Assembly (NCBI GenBank): GCA_965216755.1
Contig: CBDCGL010000011.1
Location: forward strand, 1,632,001-1,696,000
Source: Alphaproteobacteria bacterium
Lineage (GTDB): Bacteria; Pseudomonadota; Alphaproteobacteria; UBA7887
Reading direction: 5' to 3'
DNA length: 64,000 bases
The notes beneath the pieces were generated by a model that saw only the letters and a list, made by a program, of their open reading frames with translations, was not told the DNA's origin and did not search any database. Each line of letters begins with the position of its first letter. Position 1 is the stretch's first letter. The translations under genes were made by a program, and so were the position numbers. Positions 19,228 through 29,174 of the stretch are shown here, piece after piece.

Positions 19228-19398
19228 ATGACACCAGATACGACCCAAGAATGGATCTACATTATGACCATCGCTGCCGCGGCAGTGTCGTTGACGGCTA
19301 TGGTCTTTCAAACCGGTCGATGGTTTACAGGACTCATGGCTGTCACATTGTGGGGTGGTGTCGCCCTTTCGCTCACTGCGCGGCTAGCCTTTTTCTAG
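19228..19398 (+). CDS. 56-aa two-TM small membrane protein (below the ORF-track cut-off)
   Basis: Hand translation: MTPDTTQEWIYIMTIAAAAVSLTAMVFQTGRWFTGLMAVTLWGGVALSLTARLAFF*. Confidence 0.55.
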   Translation: MTPDTTQEWIYIMTIAAAAVSLTAMVFQTGRWFTGLMAVTLWGGVALSLTARLAFF

Positions 19399-20005
19399 CG
19401 CACATCACGCTCAATTGCGGTCGCACTATATTCAATAATTATTTGATATTATTAGATATAATTTGGTTCAGGCGGAGTCGCTTGAACAAAGATTGATCTG
19501 GCGACCGTTCCCAGTACCCGCGGCATCCAGCCCACTTTCTGACGATATTGATTCATGTCCGTTGGCGATCGGGCGTTGCGATCCACGCGAAAGGCCGCAC
19601 AGCTTGATGTCTTGCATAGAGCAAGCCGTCAGACGTTGTGGTCGCCCACGTCGAATCCAACGCGGTCGCCCGCTGATCAGCAACCGGCAGGATGGTCAAA
19701 TCTGGTCGGCAAGTACGCGAGCCTTGATCGTCTGGACCATTCCAGCCCATCATCTTCGCGCGATCCCAAACCGATACGCTCAATATGGCTGACGACCGGG
19801 CATCTGACCCACATTCCGCGCGCGACGATGGTGACCCGCGCCCGACGGGAACATTGTTAGTTCCAGCAGAATTGCCTGAGTCGGAACTCCGGCGTGTCAC
19901 ACGTCTCGCCTGGCGACCGGCTTGGCGGCAACGGTACCGGCGCGGCTGCCTCGAACCGCTACTTTGTATCCTGCGAGTCTGTTCCCGACCCCGCAATCAC
20001 CGATC

Positions 20006-20112
20006 CTAGAGCGTTTGACGCTCAAAAGCGTTGGCGCGAAGTGATCTATCTATTTGATACAGTTCAATTTAACTTCGTTCCAACGACTCTGTATGAACGA
20101 ACATTGATCTAG
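20006..20112. repeat. CTAG-bounded palindromic miniature element (RIME/Bru-RS/MITE-like)
   Basis: Starts CTAGAGCG, ends GATCTAG; internal arms CGTTGGCGCGAAGT / ACTTCGTTCCAACG around an AT-rich core. Confidence 0.6.
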
Positions 20113-20117
20113 CAACC

Positions 20118-21098
20118 TCAGGTCTCAATGTCGTCAAACAGAGCGGTAGAAAGATACCTTTCCGCAAATGACGGAATGATAACCACCATCAATTTACCTT
20201 CCGATTCGGGACGTTGACCGACGGTCACTGCAGCATGCAGCGCGGCCCCTGACGAAATACCCAACGGCGCGCCCTCAAGAGGCGCGACTTTTCGGGCCAT
20301 GGCCATGGCCTCGTCATTGCTGACTTGAATGATCTCATCGATTTGATCGGTGTCGAGAATATCCGGCACGAAGCCAGCGCCGATCCCCTGGATCTTGTGG
20401 GGTCCCGGCGCCCCACCCGACAGAACCGGGCTGTGTGTCGGCTCAACCGCGACCATCTTCAAACCCGGCCTTCGCTCGCGTAATACCTGGGCCGTACCCG
20501 TCAGCGTGCCCCCGGTCCCAATACCGCTGACGATGATATCCACCTGGCCGCTTGTATCCCGCCAAATCTCTTCAGCCGTCGTGCGGCGGTGGATAGCGGG
20601 ATTTGCCGGATTCTGGAACTGTTGCGGCATGATCGATCCCGGAATCTCATCAAGCAGCTCATTTGCCCGGGCGATCGCGCCGTTCATGCCCTTCGGCCCT
20701 TCGGTCAATACGATCTCGGCGCCCAAAAAACGCAGCATCTTGCGCCTCTCAATCGACATCGTCTCCGGCATGGTGAGTATCAGACGATAGCCCTTCGCCG
20801 CCGCAACAAATGCCAGAGCGATGCCAGTGTTTCCCGACGTTGGCTCAATTAAGGTATCGCCCGGCTTGATCCGCCCCGATTCTTCCAAGGCTTCGATCAT
20901 CGACACACCGATGCGATCCTTCACCGATGCCAGCGGATTAAAGAACTCCAACTTGCCGACCAAATCAGCCCGACAATTTGTCGCGTCCGCCAGTTTCTTG
21001 AAGCGAACCAGTGGTGTGTTGCCGATCGTCTCGATGATGCTGTCGTAAATCCGGCCGCGGCAATCGACGGCTGGCTCTTGATCCAATTTTGAACTCAT
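20118..21098 (-). CDS. cysK: Cysteine synthase A
   Basis: [18 protein letters not shown] (PLP Lys), [34 protein letters not shown]. Confidence 0.97.
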   Translation of the reverse strand: MSSKLDQEPAVDCRGRIYDSIIETIGNTPLVRFKKLADATNCRADLVGKLEFFNPLASVKDRIGVSMIEALEESGRIKPGDTLIEPTSGNTGIALAFVAAAKGYRLILTMPETMSIERRKMLRFLGAEIVLTEGPKGMNGAIARANELLDEIPGSIMPQQFQNPANPAIHRRTTAEEIWRDTSGQVDIIVSGIGTGGTLTGTAQVLRERRPGLKMVAVEPTHSPVLSGGAPGPHKIQGIGAGFVPDILDTDQIDEIIQVSNDEAMAMARKVAPLEGAPLGISSGAALHAAVTVGQRPESEGKLMVVIIPSFAERYLSTALFDDIET

Positions 21099-21202
21099 GT
21101 CATCTGCCTCCGCACTCCCACGCACTACGCCGACCCTTCAGCTAACACAACGCCTATGCGCCGCGCTATCCTAAACGGATCGGCGATGAGCCAGCTACGT
21201 GC

Positions 21203-21403
21203 TTACGGCTTTGTGTCCGCCTCAAACGCAGCGCCAAGGCGAGCCTCAAGATCGCGCAGATCATCCGGTATCGGCATGTTCATCGCCCGCATACTGTTAA
21301 TAAGCTGCTGAAGGCGAAGGCAAATCTCGTGTGAGTCGCCAAGATCGCCTTCCATCTCGGCAAGCAAGTCCATCACGGCCGCTTCGATTTCCTCGCGATC
21401 CAT
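21203..21403 (-). CDS. Small acidic hypothetical protein (66 aa)
   Basis: AGGAGG RBS upstream; helical sequence ending MPIPDDLRDLEARL; co-oriented with neighbours. Confidence 0.75.
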   Translation of the reverse strand: MDREEIEAAVMDLLAEMEGDLGDSHEICLRLQQLINSMRAMNMPIPDDLRDLEARLGAAFEADTKP

Positions 21404-21435
21404 ATTCGGGACCCCTCCTTTTCGACAACAAGCAC

Positions 21436-21999
21436 CTACACAATGTGGTGTTTGCCAACCGGTCGAACGCTGGTCGCTTGCGGACCTTCATCGCCGACCG
21501 CTTCGCTAAATCGCACTTCGGTGCCAACCTCAAGCGAATCAAAGTCGGCGCCGATCACACTGTTGCGGTGAAAATAGATCTCACGTCCGTCGGCACTGGC
21601 CAGAAATCCGTGATCGGCGTTCGCGACCAAGCGCACGACGCGACCATGGGGCGGCGCTTCGTGAAACTTGGTTCGGCCCCGACGTTCCCGAACGTGGTCT
21701 CGCAATTGCCGTTGCGCGGCGCTAAACGCATCGCGCAGGGCAACGTAGACGTCCTCATGGGCGTGCTTATCATGTTGGTCACGATTGACCACGATCTCCC
21801 GACCCGGCGTGGTGATGTCGATACGAACGTGAAATATGCGGCCTTTGTGATGACGACGATGGTGCGCCTCGACCATCACCCGGCAACTGGTCATGCGATC
21901 GTGAAGCTGCTCAAGTTTGGCCACGTGCTCTCTGATCCGGCTTTCGACGGCGTCGGAGTGACCAAAATCGCGAAAGGTGATCTGAAGCGGAATCTCCAT
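21436..21999 (-). CDS. HPF/RaiA ribosome-associated protein fused to a cold-shock domain
   Basis: PLQITFR...HEDVYVALRDAF HPF domain; HGFL...EIYFHRNSV...GPQAT cold-shock domain. Confidence 0.92.
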   Translation of the reverse strand: MEIPLQITFRDFGHSDAVESRIREHVAKLEQLHDRMTSCRVMVEAHHRRHHKGRIFHVRIDITTPGREIVVNRDQHDKHAHEDVYVALRDAFSAAQRQLRDHVRERRGRTKFHEAPPHGRVVRLVANADHGFLASADGREIYFHRNSVIGADFDSLEVGTEVRFSEAVGDEGPQATSVRPVGKHHIV

Positions 22000-22146
22000 A
22001 ATTCGCTCCTCGACTTGTCAGAATGAGCTGTCGACACAGGCATGCACCGTGATTTGGGCGCGATGTCTAAGCCATTGTCGTAACAGCCATATCCGCTGAT
22101 AAATAATCATACCATGATGCAAGCCAAAACGCTGGTCGGGATGACA

Positions 22147-23712
22147 CTATGATTTTGTGGTGTTTCGAACACTTTGTACAAGCGGCATCAAAACCAACGA
22201 CAGGGCGACCAAAGCCGCGACGACGACCGTAATTTCATTGAAAGCCTGAATGACAGCCTCGCGTTCGACCAAACGCGTCAAAATCTGGACCTGCGCGGTC
22301 GCCAGCGCCGGAGATTCACCGATCCCATTGCCGATTAGGCTGTTTAGTACGCCATAAATGTCACCGGCATATTGCTGGCCAACAGGCAGCTGCTCGCGAT
22401 ATTCGTGATAGTGGATCTGCGCGCGCGTCACCAAGAAACTATTGGCGATGGCCACGGCAACAGCCGCGCCCAACCGCATCGTCAGCTGAAACAGCGCCGT
22501 CCCGTCTTTGACCTTGTCGATTGGCAACAGCCCCAATGCCAAGCCGATCATCGACAAAAAACACATCTGAGTCGCAAAACCACGCAGCAACTGCGGCAGG
22601 AGCAAATAGACGAAATCGACGTCGGCGGTCAGTCGTCCTTGGGCCCAGGTACCCACGGCCAACAGCGAAAAACCGACCAACGCTACGGTCCGCCGCCGGA
22701 AATAGCGCAACAACGTCGGCACCAAGAATCCGGCGAACATCATCGAAACGCCAAGAACAAACAACCACGATCCGATTTGAAAAGTATTGAGCCCAATAAT
22801 CCGCGCAAGAAAAAGTGGTAATAAATAGAGTGGCACAAACAAACCAGCGCCAAATATCATTATGTAAAACGCGCCAATGGCGAAGTTACGATTCTTGAAA
22901 ATGCGCAAATCGACGACCGGGTAGCGACAAGTCAGCTCGCGCCATACCAATACCAAGCCGCTGATTGCGGTGATGATTGTCAAAGTGACGATCATTTCTG
23001 ATTCAAACCAGTCGGCGCGCCGCCCTTCTTCCAGAACGATCAGCAAACACATGAAAAAAACGGCCAGCAGCGCGATGCCCGGGATATCGATTTGCCGCCC
23101 CAACTCCCAGTCCGGTCGGTCGAAGTCAACCAAGACAAACACCGTGACCGTAGCCAAGATGCCGAACGGCACGTTGAATAAGAACAGCCATTGCCACGAC
23201 AAGGATTCACTAATCCAGCCCCCTAAGCTGGGGCCGAGCGCTACCGCGCCGGTTCCCAGGACAGATACGATGGCGATGAGGTTATCCTGGTAACGGCGGG
23301 GAAATGCGGCGTAGACCGTCGAGAACACCATGGGCGCCATGGCACCGCCAAAGAAACCCTGCGATGCCCGAAACACGATCATCGACTCGATGCTTGTGGC
23401 GCTGGCGCACGCGATGCTCGCCAAAGTAAAACCGGCGCCGCACAGCGTGAAAAGGTAGCGTGTCGAAAAAAGCCGCGATAGCCAACCGGACATCGGAATC
23501 ATGATCACTTCGGCAATCAAAGATGCCGTCAACACCCAGCTCACTTCATCCGGACCCGCAGCGAGGCCGGCGCGGATCTCATCGAATGAACTGCCGACAA
23601 TCTGGATGTTCAAAACAGCCAGGAACATCCCCAGCGCCATGCCAATAAACGCGAGAAGGTTGCGACCCCCAAGGCGGCGTTCGCCGACGCTGTCAATCAC
23701 CTCAGCCGTCAT
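22147..23712 (-). CDS. DHA2 family (EmrB/QacA) MFS efflux permease
   Basis: LNIQIV, SWVLTA, FRASQG, GPSLGGWI, WQWLFLFNVP, LEEG...WFES. Confidence 0.92.
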   Translation of the reverse strand: MTAEVIDSVGERRLGGRNLLAFIGMALGMFLAVLNIQIVGSSFDEIRAGLAAGPDEVSWVLTASLIAEVIMIPMSGWLSRLFSTRYLFTLCGAGFTLASIACASATSIESMIVFRASQGFFGGAMAPMVFSTVYAAFPRRYQDNLIAIVSVLGTGAVALGPSLGGWISESLSWQWLFLFNVPFGILATVTVFVLVDFDRPDWELGRQIDIPGIALLAVFFMCLLIVLEEGRRADWFESEMIVTLTIITAISGLVLVWRELTCRYPVVDLRIFKNRNFAIGAFYIMIFGAGLFVPLYLLPLFLARIIGLNTFQIGSWLFVLGVSMMFAGFLVPTLLRYFRRRTVALVGFSLLAVGTWAQGRLTADVDFVYLLLPQLLRGFATQMCFLSMIGLALGLLPIDKVKDGTALFQLTMRLGAAVAVAIANSFLVTRAQIHYHEYREQLPVGQQYAGDIYGVLNSLIGNGIGESPALATAQVQILTRLVEREAVIQAFNEITVVVAALVALSLVLMPLVQSVRNTTKS

Positions 23713-23951
23713 GGTAACCGAAGCGACCATGACCAACTGCGGCGTCCGACACATCGCTGGACATGCTGGTCATTCGCAAACAAACATCTTTTCGTCCCAT
23801 GGAGTCGCTCGCAAATCCGGAACTTTTCCTGAAAGCATAGGAATATTGCCGTGGACCCAATCGCGCGGCTTGTCCATGATTACCTATCCCGTCCGTGGCA
23901 CGCGTCATCGTGCGCGGGCCCGATCCCGCAGGCCTGACAAAGGACCGTGTC

Positions 23952-25058
23952 ATGAACAGGATCGCTCTGCTTACCGCAATTCTTGGCTTAGTCGTTGGCA
24001 TTTTTGCTGGTCAACTCTGGACAAAAGACGAAACTTCGGGTGACGTCGCTGGCGACCTTGGCAACGGCAACGAACAAGCGCCACAAGCGGAGCGGATCCG
24101 CTGGAAGCTTGCCAGCGCCTTTCCCTCGGAGATGACCTTGCTCGGTGTCCAGGGCAAGCGTTTCGAGTCGCGCATCAGTACCGTGTCCGGCGGCGAGATC
24201 GAAATGAAATTTTTCGACCCGGGTGCGCTCGTGCCAGCGCTTGAGATATTTGATGCCGTGTCGGCCGGATCGATCGATGCAGGTTGGTCGTCATCAGGAT
24301 ACTGGGCCGGGAAAATGCCCGCGGCACAGATTTTCAATTCGGTGCCGTTCGGCCCACAGTTTGGCGAGCTCATGGCCTGGATGCGTTACGGCGGCGGTCA
24401 GGAACTGTTCCAAGAACTCTATCATCCGCACAATGTACATCCTTTGGTGTGTTTCTTCGTCCCGCAAGATGGCTCAGGCTGGTTCCGTGATCCCATCGAC
24501 ACGCTCGAGGACTTCGCCGGCCTCAAAGTGCGCTATTTGGGTCTCGGCGCGCGTGTCCTAGAGAAATTCGGGGCGTCGACACAAATCTTGGCGGGCGGCG
24601 ACATCTTTCCGGCTCTAGAACTTGGGACAATCGACGCTGCCGAATTCTCCATGCCGGCGATCGATCTTGATCTCGGTCTGTATCAGGTCGCCAAACACTA
24701 TTACCTGCCCGGTTGGCACCAACCTGCCAATATGGGCGAGCTGATCATCAATCTGGACCGTTGGAAAAGCCTAGCGGACCGTCAGAAGGCTCTGATCGAG
24801 ACCACCTGTGGCGAAGCACTGGTTGACAGTATCGCCTCTGGTGAATCCGCCCAATCCGATGCGCTACGCGAGCTTGAGCAAAAAGGAGTCACGATCCACC
24901 GCTGGCCGCCAGACATGATAAAGGCATTTCACGACGGCTGGATGCAAGTCGCCGAAGAAACCGCAGCGACGGATCCTGATTTCGCCCGCATGTGGCAATC
25001 CTTGAAGGACTTCCGTGTCAAGTACGACATTTGGCGAACGTTCGGCGATATGGATTAG
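23952..25058 (+). CDS. dctP: TRAP transporter substrate-binding protein (DctP/TakP type)
   Basis: RWKLASAFP, GALVPALEIFDAV, YWAGK, VPFG, GWFR, ALELGTIDAAEF, YYLPGWHQP. Confidence 0.9.
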   Translation: MNRIALLTAILGLVVGIFAGQLWTKDETSGDVAGDLGNGNEQAPQAERIRWKLASAFPSEMTLLGVQGKRFESRISTVSGGEIEMKFFDPGALVPALEIFDAVSAGSIDAGWSSSGYWAGKMPAAQIFNSVPFGPQFGELMAWMRYGGGQELFQELYHPHNVHPLVCFFVPQDGSGWFRDPIDTLEDFAGLKVRYLGLGARVLEKFGASTQILAGGDIFPALELGTIDAAEFSMPAIDLDLGLYQVAKHYYLPGWHQPANMGELIINLDRWKSLADRQKALIETTCGEALVDSIASGESAQSDALRELEQKGVTIHRWPPDMIKAFHDGWMQVAEETAATDPDFARMWQSLKDFRVKYDIWRTFGDMD

Positions 25059-25059
25059 G

Positions 25060-25926
25060 TCACGCATGGGAATGGGAGTCGGCGTCCCAAATTACGGACA
25101 CGCCGCAAGCGTCTGCCGCTGCGGTGCCCGTTGACGGCGGCTTGGCGCAATGGACGGCAATCCCGGCAAGAGTCGGACCGTGGTCGATATCGCGCATGTT
25201 GAAATTGGGCGCGATGTCAGCGATTCGCTCGGGCGTCAATACCCAAAGGTTTTGGTCAGCGCCGCAATGTAGGCGGACCCCGCCTTCGACCGGCTGCATT
25301 GGTGAACCGGTCAGTCGTTCCAGGAATGGAACATGTTGAGAAGGCCGCGTCGCGACAAGAAATACGGACGCGAGGCCCGATGCGCCGTTTGCGTGACGCT
25401 GGAATGGTTGTTTCCAGAAATTCTGCGGATAGTGGTTCTGGCAAAAATAGAACGCGCAATCGGGCATCGCAGGGTCGGTTGTGAACGCCAAAGTGAAGGC
25501 CACGCGCGACACGCTGCCGTCCGGCGCGCGCGCCTCGCGCCCGAAATCCAGAGGCGCGTAGCTCTTGCAGCCAAGCGCACATAGGCGATTGGCATCTGCG
25601 CGTGCGTCGTCGCTGGCAAAAACCAATGCCGCCATGCCTTCGCGTTTCGCGACATAGTCCCTGATATGCGCGCCGAAACTAAACTCTGGTGGTTGTGCCG
25701 CAAAGTCATGGTCAACCGCGGTTTCAGGTCGGTCGACCGTGACCAATTCAATAAAGCTGTGATTGTCGAATTGCACCAGACGATTCGACGTGCCCATGTG
25801 GTCTGGGTGGCGCGCAAGGGGCGTCACCGTGAATCCAAGCCGCGCGTAGATTTCAGCCGCCGCATCCAAATTACGCACCGCCACGACAATGTGGTCAATC
25901 GGACGACCGATGAGGCGGTTCGTCAT
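25060..25926 (-). CDS. VOC / glyoxalase-like (Glyoxalase_3) protein
   Basis: IDHIVVAVRNL...LGFTV...HP.HMGTSNRL..F...FIEL, FYFCQ, HANGA. Confidence 0.85.
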   Translation of the reverse strand: MTNRLIGRPIDHIVVAVRNLDAAAEIYARLGFTVTPLARHPDHMGTSNRLVQFDNHSFIELVTVDRPETAVDHDFAAQPPEFSFGAHIRDYVAKREGMAALVFASDDARADANRLCALGCKSYAPLDFGREARAPDGSVSRVAFTLAFTTDPAMPDCAFYFCQNHYPQNFWKQPFQRHANGASGLASVFLVATRPSQHVPFLERLTGSPMQPVEGGVRLHCGADQNLWVLTPERIADIAPNFNMRDIDHGPTLAGIAVHCAKPPSTGTAAADACGVSVIWDADSHSHA

Positions 25927-26640
25927 TTATCGTACGGTCCGTTTTTCGGCGCCTGCGCCGGCGGTGGCCTGACGCCGCTTCGCTTCGGTGATGTCTGTCC
26001 GCACACCGAGGATACCGCCGTCCGCCAAAGCGATTTCTTCAGTCAGCAGCCAACGATCGCCAGACAGCGCTTCCTCGAAGCTCTCGTGATTATGATGGCG
26101 CGCCAAGCGTTCGGCGATTCGCTGCTCCGCATCCGCCGCACCGCCCGCAGCATGGCCCGCACGATACGCAGCGGACATGATGCATTCGAATCGCGCGCCA
26201 GTCTTGAGCAGGTGGGCATTCTTGCCGAGCACGCGGCGGTAAGTGTTGTTGCACCAGGTCAAACAGTCATCGGCATCGAACAACACCAATCCAACCGGTA
26301 GGTCATCGAGCCCAGATGGCACCGCAACACCCCCATCGATGTCGATCCACAAGACCCAGAGTTGGGGGGCGGTATTGCCGGGCGGTATCGGCGCGCCGAC
26401 CAGAGCTTGGGCCGATACGGCACGCAAAGTCAGCCGAAAGCTGACATGTTCAGCCATTGGCGCGGCGAGCGCCCCGCCTGACTGCGCATTGACGGCGCAA
26501 GCCAACGCCGCCTCCATGTCTTTGCCTGCGAAGGTATGCCGCGCCACGCCCGCAAGCGATGCGAACGCCTCATTCGCGTGCAGCACGTGGTAGCTGCCGC
26601 CGCGATCCTCACAAATGATGAGTGGTGTTGTCGCTACCAT
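25927..26640 (-). CDS. PAS-domain protein with no output domain
   Basis: HANEAF first PAS; GLVLFDADDCL..CN...DGG..GVRTDITE second PAS; stops shortly afterwards. Confidence 0.75.
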   Translation of the reverse strand: MVATTPLIICEDRGGSYHVLHANEAFASLAGVARHTFAGKDMEAALACAVNAQSGGALAAPMAEHVSFRLTLRAVSAQALVGAPIPPGNTAPQLWVLWIDIDGGVAVPSGLDDLPVGLVLFDADDCLTWCNNTYRRVLGKNAHLLKTGARFECIMSAAYRAGHAAGGAADAEQRIAERLARHHNHESFEEALSGDRWLLTEEIALADGGILGVRTDITEAKRRQATAGAGAEKRTVR

Positions 26641-26705
26641 CCCGTCCCCCTGGCCCGCACCGGCTGATTAGGGGACAAGAATGGACCATATGGCAAGGGC
26701 GCCGA

Positions 26706-27194
26706 CTAGGTACCGCCTTGCGCCTCGATGTGCGATGCGAGCTCGATCGACGGACGACCGTCGGTCAGCAGCCCATGATCGGCCTGATAGGCGCGGATGG
26801 CGGCCTGGGTCCTGGGCCCATTAATGCCGTCGGCGGGCCCCGGTGTGTAGCCAAGACCTGCCAATCCGCGTTGTATGTCTTGGGTCACCGTGCTGGCCGC
26901 CCGTGGACGGGACGGGCCCGTGCCATCGTCCGATGCGTCACTGCTTTTCCAGATCGGATCACCGAGGTCCACTGTATCTTCATCGGTCAGGGCGCCGGTC
27001 AGTCCACCGGCCGCCGCACCGATCAATACTCCTTGCACCAGGCTGAGCCCCGTGACCGCACCCAGCACCGCGCCACCGGCCGCTCCGATGCCGGCGCCGG
27101 AGATTCCTCTTTCCTCAGCCGTGCTGCCGCACCCACCCAAGACAAAAGCCACTAACAAGGCGGCTCCATACAGCGCAGATTTGCGCATTGACAT
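26706..27194 (-). CDS. Glycine-zipper lipoprotein with a C-terminal peptidoglycan-binding domain
   Basis: Lipobox LGGC, GAGIGAAGGAVLGA zipper, IQRGLAGLGY.PGPADGINGPRT..AIRAYQ...L..DG. Confidence 0.9.
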   Translation of the reverse strand: MSMRKSALYGAALLVAFVLGGCGSTAEERGISGAGIGAAGGAVLGAVTGLSLVQGVLIGAAAGGLTGALTDEDTVDLGDPIWKSSDASDDGTGPSRPRAASTVTQDIQRGLAGLGYTPGPADGINGPRTQAAIRAYQADHGLLTDGRPSIELASHIEAQGGT

Positions 27195-27237
27195 GAACCT
27201 CTCGAAAACCCGAACCTCAAGCCGATGGTACCAAGAA

Positions 27238-27259
27238 AAAGTTAACAATCGTTAACTTT
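27238..27259. promoter_or_regulatory. Perfect inverted repeat, probable operator
   Basis: AAAGTTAAC-AATC-GTTAACTTT in the divergent intergenic region. Confidence 0.5.
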
Positions 27260-27386
27260 CCCGGGCGGGTCGGAGCCGCCGGCGATCACGCACAGGTGTG
27301 TTTTCGGCGTACGCGGATTTGCGGGATAATCCGCCCTGCGGCGATCACGTCGCAACAATCGAGGCTAACGAGCGGACGGAGGAACC

Positions 27387-27929
27387 ATGGACAGTGAGGA
27401 ACTCAAAGCGCTGCAAGCGCCGTTCAAGCAGAAATACCAAGAAACGCCAGAGGCCGCTGAAATAACACTTAAAGCCGAAGGCGTTCTCGACGACCACGAC
27501 GTCGCCTGCAGTGTCGACACCGGTCGGGCGATGATTGAAGCCGGCTTGCATCCATCCACCGGCGGCACAGGTCTGCAGGCCTGTTCGGGCGATATGCTGC
27601 TGCAGGCCCTCGCCGCTTGCGCGGGCGTGACCTTGCGGGCCGCCGCAACCGCGACAGGTATTCCGGTCGCCGCAGGGCGGGTCCATACCAGCGGCATCCT
27701 TGACGTGCGCGGCACGCTTGCCGTCGATAAGAATGCACCGGTCGGGTTCAAATCCATCACGCTGCGTTTCGACCTTGTCACCGAGGCGTCGCAAGAAGAC
27801 ATCGACCGTTTGGTGCAACTCACTGAGCGTTATTGTGTTGTGTACCAAACATTACGCAACAAACCACCGATAGACGTTGTCACGACGATCTTGCCTACCG
27901 CCGCACAACGCGCCCGAGGAATGACGTAG
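27387..27929 (+). CDS. OsmC family protein
   Basis: GLHPSTGG...CSGDMLL.ALAACAGVT, LTERYCVVYQTL; GGAGG RBS. Confidence 0.9.
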   Translation: MDSEELKALQAPFKQKYQETPEAAEITLKAEGVLDDHDVACSVDTGRAMIEAGLHPSTGGTGLQACSGDMLLQALAACAGVTLRAAATATGIPVAAGRVHTSGILDVRGTLAVDKNAPVGFKSITLRFDLVTEASQEDIDRLVQLTERYCVVYQTLRNKPPIDVVTTILPTAAQRARGMT

Positions 27930-28216
27930 GCGGGCCCAGCGTCAGCGTTGCGTCCCTTGTCAAAGGTGGGTATGGCCGCGCCTGCCGAAAGCATGCGCGA
28001 AAATGGCGTAGGGTTCGTCTTCGCTATTCTCTTGATGCGCGCGCCTAAAGTCTTGCTGGTAATACGAAAATATAGTTGTTACACTGATTTGAGGGAGTTT
28101 GGTTGCTGATAATAGGCGTGTTTCGGAACAATGCCGACGAATAACAAAGTAACCAGCGCGTTGCGTACAGTGTCAACGCCCGCGGACGCAATAACAACTA
28201 AAAAGGCAAGCAAGCC

Positions 28217-29080
28217 ATGAAACAGGGTCGGCTAATTTCGAATCCACGTCGCAAGAAACCGCAGAATCGCAGCTTTTTGCCCTTATCATTGGGGCTCGTG
28301 GCGGCCACCGCCTTGTTGATCGGCTGTCAAGGTTCGCCCCAGTTGGGCGCCGGCAGCTCGGTCGTGCAGGGCTCAGCCGGCCAAGCGGGCGGGCAAGGCG
28401 CCGGCCCCCAGTTGGAGCGATGCGCGCAACCGCTGGGCACGGCAACGCTAGTCGAACCTGATAACTACGTCATGTCTCGGCTCTACGCCTTGAGGCTGGA
28501 ATCACCACTGCCACTAGTGCGGCTGATGATGGCGCAATCCAACTGTTTTCAAGTGGTCGACCGCGGTGCGGCGATGGCCAACATCCAGCAGGAAGACGCG
28601 CTTAAGGCATCGGGCATGCTGCAGGAAGGCTCAACGACGGCGCGCGGGCGTATGGTCACGGCGCAATATATCGTCACGCCAAACGTGGTGTTCTCGGATG
28701 ATAACGCGGGCGGGTTGGACGCCTCTGGAGCTCTGGGGGCGGTCGGCAATCTCGTCGGTGGTGCCGTCGGCGGGCTCGTCGGCGGGGCGTTGGGCTCGAT
28801 GAGCTTTCAAGAAGCACAAACCGTCTTGTTCGTCACCGACGCCCAATCGGGCTTGCAAACCGCCGCGGCGGAGGGTTCGGCCAAAGTGACCGACTTCGGC
28901 GGCGTTGGTAGCCTCCGTGGCTGGGGCGGCGGCATATTCGGTGGCGGCCGCGTTGGCGGTTATGGCGATACCGCTGAGGGCAAGTTGATTGCCGCTGCCT
29001 TGATGGACGCACACAACAAGCTCGTACAACAAGTGCGCGCGACAACCCCGAACTTGCCACCGGTGACGCCAGAGGGCTGA
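28217..29080 (+). CDS. CsgG/HfaB-like lipoprotein
   Basis: Lipobox LIGC, QSNCFQVVDRG, AAAEGSA, GGYGDTAEGKLIAAA. Confidence 0.8.
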   Translation: MKQGRLISNPRRKKPQNRSFLPLSLGLVAATALLIGCQGSPQLGAGSSVVQGSAGQAGGQGAGPQLERCAQPLGTATLVEPDNYVMSRLYALRLESPLPLVRLMMAQSNCFQVVDRGAAMANIQQEDALKASGMLQEGSTTARGRMVTAQYIVTPNVVFSDDNAGGLDASGALGAVGNLVGGAVGGLVGGALGSMSFQEAQTVLFVTDAQSGLQTAAAEGSAKVTDFGGVGSLRGWGGGIFGGGRVGGYGDTAEGKLIAAALMDAHNKLVQQVRATTPNLPPVTPEG

Positions 29081-29174
29081 CACCAGCGCACCGCTCCCCT
29101 GCCGACTCGAAGCCGCGAACGCGGGCACAATTCAGCTATGATGTCCCGTTCGAACTTCAACGGGGAGACGGTGC

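Noticed and set aside
19251-19496. 81-aa ORF in the track
   Set aside because: No recognisable features; the overlapping 56-aa frame at 19228..19398 looks more like a real protein.
27242-27256. Possible CtrA box
   Set aside because: Spacing is TTAA-N6-TTAAC rather than N7; kept only as an unassigned palindrome.
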